Shown here one piece after another: positions 60,393-64,000 of a stretch of DNA of 64,000 bases. The stretch is from Rhodopila sp. (GTDB lineage: Bacteria; Pseudomonadota; Alphaproteobacteria; Acetobacterales; Acetobacteraceae), in contig NZ_DASZUV010000032.1 of the NCBI RefSeq assembly GCF_035548095.1, positions 28,372 through 92,371 on the forward strand, given 5' to 3'. Position 1 is the first letter of the stretch; every line of letters starts with the position of its first letter. Below the pieces are notes generated by a model. The model saw only the letters and a program-made list of their open reading frames with translations. It was not told where the DNA came from and did no database searches. A program made the translations under genes and the position numbers.

Positions 60393-61886
60393 ATGACCGA
60401 ACCCTGTGACCTGACCGCCATCGAGGCGCGCCGCCGGATCGGCGCGAAGACCATGTCGGCGCTGGAATTGCTGGACAGTTGCATCGCCCGGATCGAGGCG
60501 GTGGATCCGGCCGTCAACGCCATAGTGGCGCGTGACTTCGATCGGGCGCGCGCGGCCGCGAAGGCGGCGGACGAGCGGACCATGCGTGGCGGGGATCTGC
60601 CGGCGCTGCACGGGCTGCCGGTCGGCATCAAGGACCTGGAGCCGACCGGGGGACTGCGCACCACCTTCGGCAGCCCGCTCTTTGCCGACAATGTCCCGGC
60701 CGAGGATTGCCGGATGGTCGCCGCCATCAGGCGTGCCGGCGGCATCGTCATCGGCAAGACCAACACGCCGGAATTCGGCGCCGGCGCCAATACGCGAAAC
60801 GCCGTGTACGGCGCCACCGGCAACCCGTTCGATCCGTCGAAATCCTGCGCCGGTTCATCCGGCGGATCGGCGGTGGCACTGGCCACCGGCATGGCCCCGC
60901 TGTGCTCCGGGTCCGACACCGGCGGGTCATTGCGCAATCCGGCGGCCTTCTGCGGCATCGTCGGTTACCGGCCGACCCCTGGCCTGGTAACGGCGGAGCG
61001 CCGCCTGCATGGCTGGAGCGTCCTGCCGGTGCTGGGTCCGATGGCTCGGACCGCCACCGATACCGCGCTGTTCCTGAGCGCGATGGCCAGCGACGATGGC
61101 GCCGATCCGCTGGCGACGACCGTCTATGGCCAGACCGTGCGGTCGCCGGACCATTATTACCCCCTGCCGCCGCTCGACCTGTCGCGCCTGCGCGTGGCGC
61201 TGTCGCCGGATTTCGGCTTCGCGCCCACGGAACGGCTGGTGCGCCAGGCCTTCGCGGAGAAGACCGGCCTGTTCCGCCACGTCTTCGCCACTGCCCGGGA
61301 TGCCGCGCCGGACTGTTCCGGCAGCAATGAGGTGTTCGAGGTGCTGCGCGCCCTGACCTTCCTGTCCGCGCATGGCGACAAGGTGCGCCAGACGCCGGAG
61401 AAGGTCGGGCCGAATGTCAGAGCCAATGTGGAGGAGGCGCTGCGCTACACGATGGAGGATGTGGCGAACGCCCTGACCGCGCAGACCGCGATCTATCACC
61501 GCTGGCAGTCGTTCTTCACCCAGTACGACGTGATCCTGACGCCGGCGATCACGGTCAGCCCCCGGTCCTGGCGCGAGCTGTACCCGGCGGAGATCGACGG
61601 CCAGCGGACCCGGACCTATTTCCACTGGCTGGCCATGGCCTACGCGGTCACCATCGTCGGCCATCCGGCGGTGTCGCTGCCCGTCGGGCTGGACGGCAAC
61701 GGGATGCCGTTCGGCCTGCAGATCGTCGGTCCGCGCGGCGGAGACGCGCTGGTGCTGCGGGTCGCCGCGGCGCTGGAAGCGCTGCTGGCCGGCGATGCGC
61801 GCACATCCCGTCCCGAACCCGACCTGGCCGCGCTGCGCGCCGCGCCGCCGATCAGCACGGCCGAGGGGTTTCTGGGCTTCGATTGA
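60393..61886 (+). CDS. Amidase signature family enzyme
   Basis: KDLE, GKTNTPEFG, AGSSGGS, GSDTGGSLRNPA. Confidence 0.94.
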   Translation: MTEPCDLTAIEARRRIGAKTMSALELLDSCIARIEAVDPAVNAIVARDFDRARAAAKAADERTMRGGDLPALHGLPVGIKDLEPTGGLRTTFGSPLFADNVPAEDCRMVAAIRRAGGIVIGKTNTPEFGAGANTRNAVYGATGNPFDPSKSCAGSSGGSAVALATGMAPLCSGSDTGGSLRNPAAFCGIVGYRPTPGLVTAERRLHGWSVLPVLGPMARTATDTALFLSAMASDDGADPLATTVYGQTVRSPDHYYPLPPLDLSRLRVALSPDFGFAPTERLVRQAFAEKTGLFRHVFATARDAAPDCSGSNEVFEVLRALTFLSAHGDKVRQTPEKVGPNVRANVEEALRYTMEDVANALTAQTAIYHRWQSFFTQYDVILTPAITVSPRSWRELYPAEIDGQRTRTYFHWLAMAYAVTIVGHPAVSLPVGLDGNGMPFGLQIVGPRGGDALVLRVAAALEALLAGDARTSRPEPDLAALRAAPPISTAEGFLGFD

Positions 61887-62041
61887 TGCCGCCAAGGCCG
61901 GACGCGCGCGGGTCGCGCCGCCTGGCGGCGGGAATGCGTGCATCGCGCCCCCGGCGATGCACGGGATGCTTGTATCGGCTGAACCCGTTCAACCCTTCGG
62001 GCTTGCCGGGCAGCGCCGGTCAAACCGGTGCCCGTGCCGGT

Positions 62042-62350
62042 TCATGCCGCCCGCGGCAGGCGATCGTGCCGCGCGCGGCAGGGATGAAGTCGAGACACCA
62101 TCCGGGCATGGACCGCCAAGGCGGTCCGCAGCGGCCGCTCCGTGCGCGGGGTGCGCGATATCAATGTCCTCCCCCAACCCGTTCGGGCCGAGCGTTCGCG
62201 GGAGGCAATCATCGGGTCGGCGGTGCCCACCGAGCGGCGGCGGCGCGGCGCATGCTGGCGCAGGAAACCGGTGAGCACCGTCCAAAGCTGAAACAGGCGC
62301 AATCCGGCGCCCACGGATACGCATGACAGAAGCAGGGCGGCTGTGCTCAT
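62042..62350 (-). CDS. Small hypothetical protein
   Basis: Strong AAGGAG SD before the ATG and a hydrophobic N-terminus; C-terminal part unconvincing. Confidence 0.35.
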   Translation of the reverse strand: MSTAALLLSCVSVGAGLRLFQLWTVLTGFLRQHAPRRRRSVGTADPMIASRERSARTGWGRTLISRTPRTERPLRTALAVHARMVSRLHPCRARHDRLPRAA

Positions 62351-62486
62351 CGGACTCTCCTTCGCGGCACGGTTCCAGGTGCGCGGACCAGGCGGTCCGA
62401 CCGGACGCTATCCCGGGCCACGATGCGTCACGCTGAAATGCTTCACAGCGCGGTGCGCGGCGGGCCAGGGCGGCGCTGCTTGATGT

Positions 62487-62498
62487 TGCAGTGCAGCA
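62487..62498. promoter_or_regulatory. PhaR-like operator
   Basis: TGCAGTGCAGCA fits TGCRNYGCASMA, inside the quasi-palindrome ATGTTGCAGTGCAGCAT. Confidence 0.5.
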
Positions 62499-62569
62499 TG
62501 ATCATGTAAGCGTGGCCCGGCCAACTATCCAGGGCCGGCAAGTGATCTGCCTTGAAAAGAATGAGTTCG

Positions 62570-63613
62570 ATGAAACTGCCTTTTTCCAATGCGTTATCGG
62601 ATGTGGCCTCGGCCGTGCAGCGTGTGCTGGGCGGCCTGGCGCCGCCCCTTCCCGATTTGAGCGAAGCCCTGCCGACGCCATCGCGCCCGCTGGTGAAGCC
62701 GGTGCCTGTCGCGAAACCGGTTATGCGCGGACCGCGGGGTGGCCGGATCGAGGAGCACATCTTCACCGGTCCCGCCGGCGCTCGGCCCTACAAACTGTAT
62801 ATACCCTCGGGTTATCGCGGCCAGCCGGTGCCGCTGATCGTCATGCTGCACGGCTGTACCCAGTCGCCGGACGATTTTGCCGTCGGCACGCGGATGAACC
62901 AGGCGGCCGAGGCGGAAACCTGCCTGGTGGCCTGGCCGCGGCAGGTGAAGACCGCCAACCTGCACAAATGCTGGAACTGGTTCCGGGAGGGCGACCAGCA
63001 GCGCGGTAGCGGCGAGCCGTCGGTGATCACCGGCATCGTGCATCAGGTGATGCGGGAGTATGCCGTGGACAAGCGGCGCGTCTATGTTGCCGGCTTGTCG
63101 GCCGGCGGCGCCGCGGCAGCGGTGCTGGGCGAAACCTATCCGGACCTGTTTGCCGCGGTGGGCGTGCATTCCGGCCTGCCCTGCGGCGCGGCGCATGACG
63201 CGTCCTCGGCCTTCGTGGCGATGAAGACTGGCAGCGACGGGGTGATCCGCCGCGCCGGGTCGGGGTTGCCTCCCACGATCGTCTTCCACGGCGACCGGGA
63301 CGGGACGGTGAACCCGCGCAATGGCGACTCCGTGGTGGCGCAGGCCATCAGCGGCCAGCATCTGCGTGCCGAGTCCACCCAGGGTATGGTGCCCGATGGC
63401 CATGCCTGGCGCCGTACCCGGTATCGGGACGCCGATGGCATGGTGAAAGTGGAGCAATGGGTGATCCATGGCGGCGGGCATGCCTGGTCGGGCGGCAGCG
63501 CCGATGGCAGCTTCACCGATCCTCAGGGTCCGGACGCCACGGCGGCGATGATGCGCTTCTTCCTGGCGCATCCCTTGGCGCATCCCTCGGCACATCCCTC
63601 GGCGCGCCAATAA
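62570..63613 (+). CDS. PHB depolymerase family esterase (LpqC-like)
   Basis: VMLHGCTQSPDDFA, CWNWF, AGLSAGG, FHGDRD, GHAWSGG. Confidence 0.92.
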   Translation: MKLPFSNALSDVASAVQRVLGGLAPPLPDLSEALPTPSRPLVKPVPVAKPVMRGPRGGRIEEHIFTGPAGARPYKLYIPSGYRGQPVPLIVMLHGCTQSPDDFAVGTRMNQAAEAETCLVAWPRQVKTANLHKCWNWFREGDQQRGSGEPSVITGIVHQVMREYAVDKRRVYVAGLSAGGAAAAVLGETYPDLFAAVGVHSGLPCGAAHDASSAFVAMKTGSDGVIRRAGSGLPPTIVFHGDRDGTVNPRNGDSVVAQAISGQHLRAESTQGMVPDGHAWRRTRYRDADGMVKVEQWVIHGGGHAWSGGSADGSFTDPQGPDATAAMMRFFLAHPLAHPSAHPSARQ

Positions 63614-63698
63614 CTCCAGGACATCTTGGGACGATATTCACAAGGCTCGCGCACCCTCATCCAACGATAAGGTGGAGCGGACAACTGCCGGCGGTTCT

Positions 63699-63998
63699 TT
63701 ACTCATCGCCCAGTTCACGCCGGAGCCGACCGACTGATGTCAGGGCATAGTGGGCGTCGATCTCGATCCCCAGGCCCTTGCAGCCCAGGCGTTGAGCCGC
63801 AACGAGCGTAGTCCCTGCGCCCAAAAATGGATCCAGCACAAAGGCGCCAGGCTGCCCGTGTAATCGGATGCACCGCTCTGGCAGACTCACGGGGAACCCC
63901 GCCGGATGGCCGAATTTCTGAGCGCGCGACTTTACCGTCTCATATGGAAGGAACCACACGTTGCCGGCACAGCGTCGGTCGGCTTTATGGCCCCAGCG
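63699..63998 (-). CDS. N4/N6 DNA methyltransferase (beta class), C-terminal part; start beyond the right edge
   Basis: RCAGNVWFLPYET, HPAGFPVSLPERCI, VLDPFLGAGTT, GIEID. Confidence 0.88.
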   Translation of the reverse strand, partial: RWGHKADRRCAGNVWFLPYETVKSRAQKFGHPAGFPVSLPERCIRLHGQPGAFVLDPFLGAGTTLVAAQRLGCKGLGIEIDAHYALTSVGRLRRELGDE

Positions 63999-64000
63999 CG

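Overview
GC-rich alphaproteobacterial chromosome segment. The gene styles suggest Acetobacteraceae/Rhodospirillales, but this is inference. It holds about 55 mostly metabolic or housekeeping CDSs (pepN, thiC with TPP riboswitch, gntK-gnd, dcd-murA-ppa, msrP, csaA, two ggt, many hydrolases, oxidoreductases and transporters) and one tRNA-Gly(TCC). I saw no CRISPR array, prophage, integrase or transposase. An aconitase-family gene (1..2218, minus strand, runs off the left edge) is missing from the supplied ORF track, and a DNA methyltransferase runs off the right edge. The most notable signals are: (1) two unknown genes, each behind a perfect alphaproteobacterial LexA box (GAAC-N7-GAAC) next to a sigma70-like promoter, one encoding a stand-alone GT-A-fold-like protein; (2) a ~105-bp MITE/REP-like element in six full or partial copies, whose ends supply stop codons to neighbouring genes; (3) an aconitase with altered active-site motifs coupled to an ICL/PEP-mutase-family lyase and divergent from a ThDP enzyme, a possible uncharacterised organic-acid pathway; (4) an Ltp2-type aldolase with DUF35 partner, a YhaO-YhaN Mre11/Rad50-like pair, PhaR-like boxes, an AbiEii toxin remnant and many short tandem duplications. 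All family calls come from motif recognition by eye; no database searches were run.
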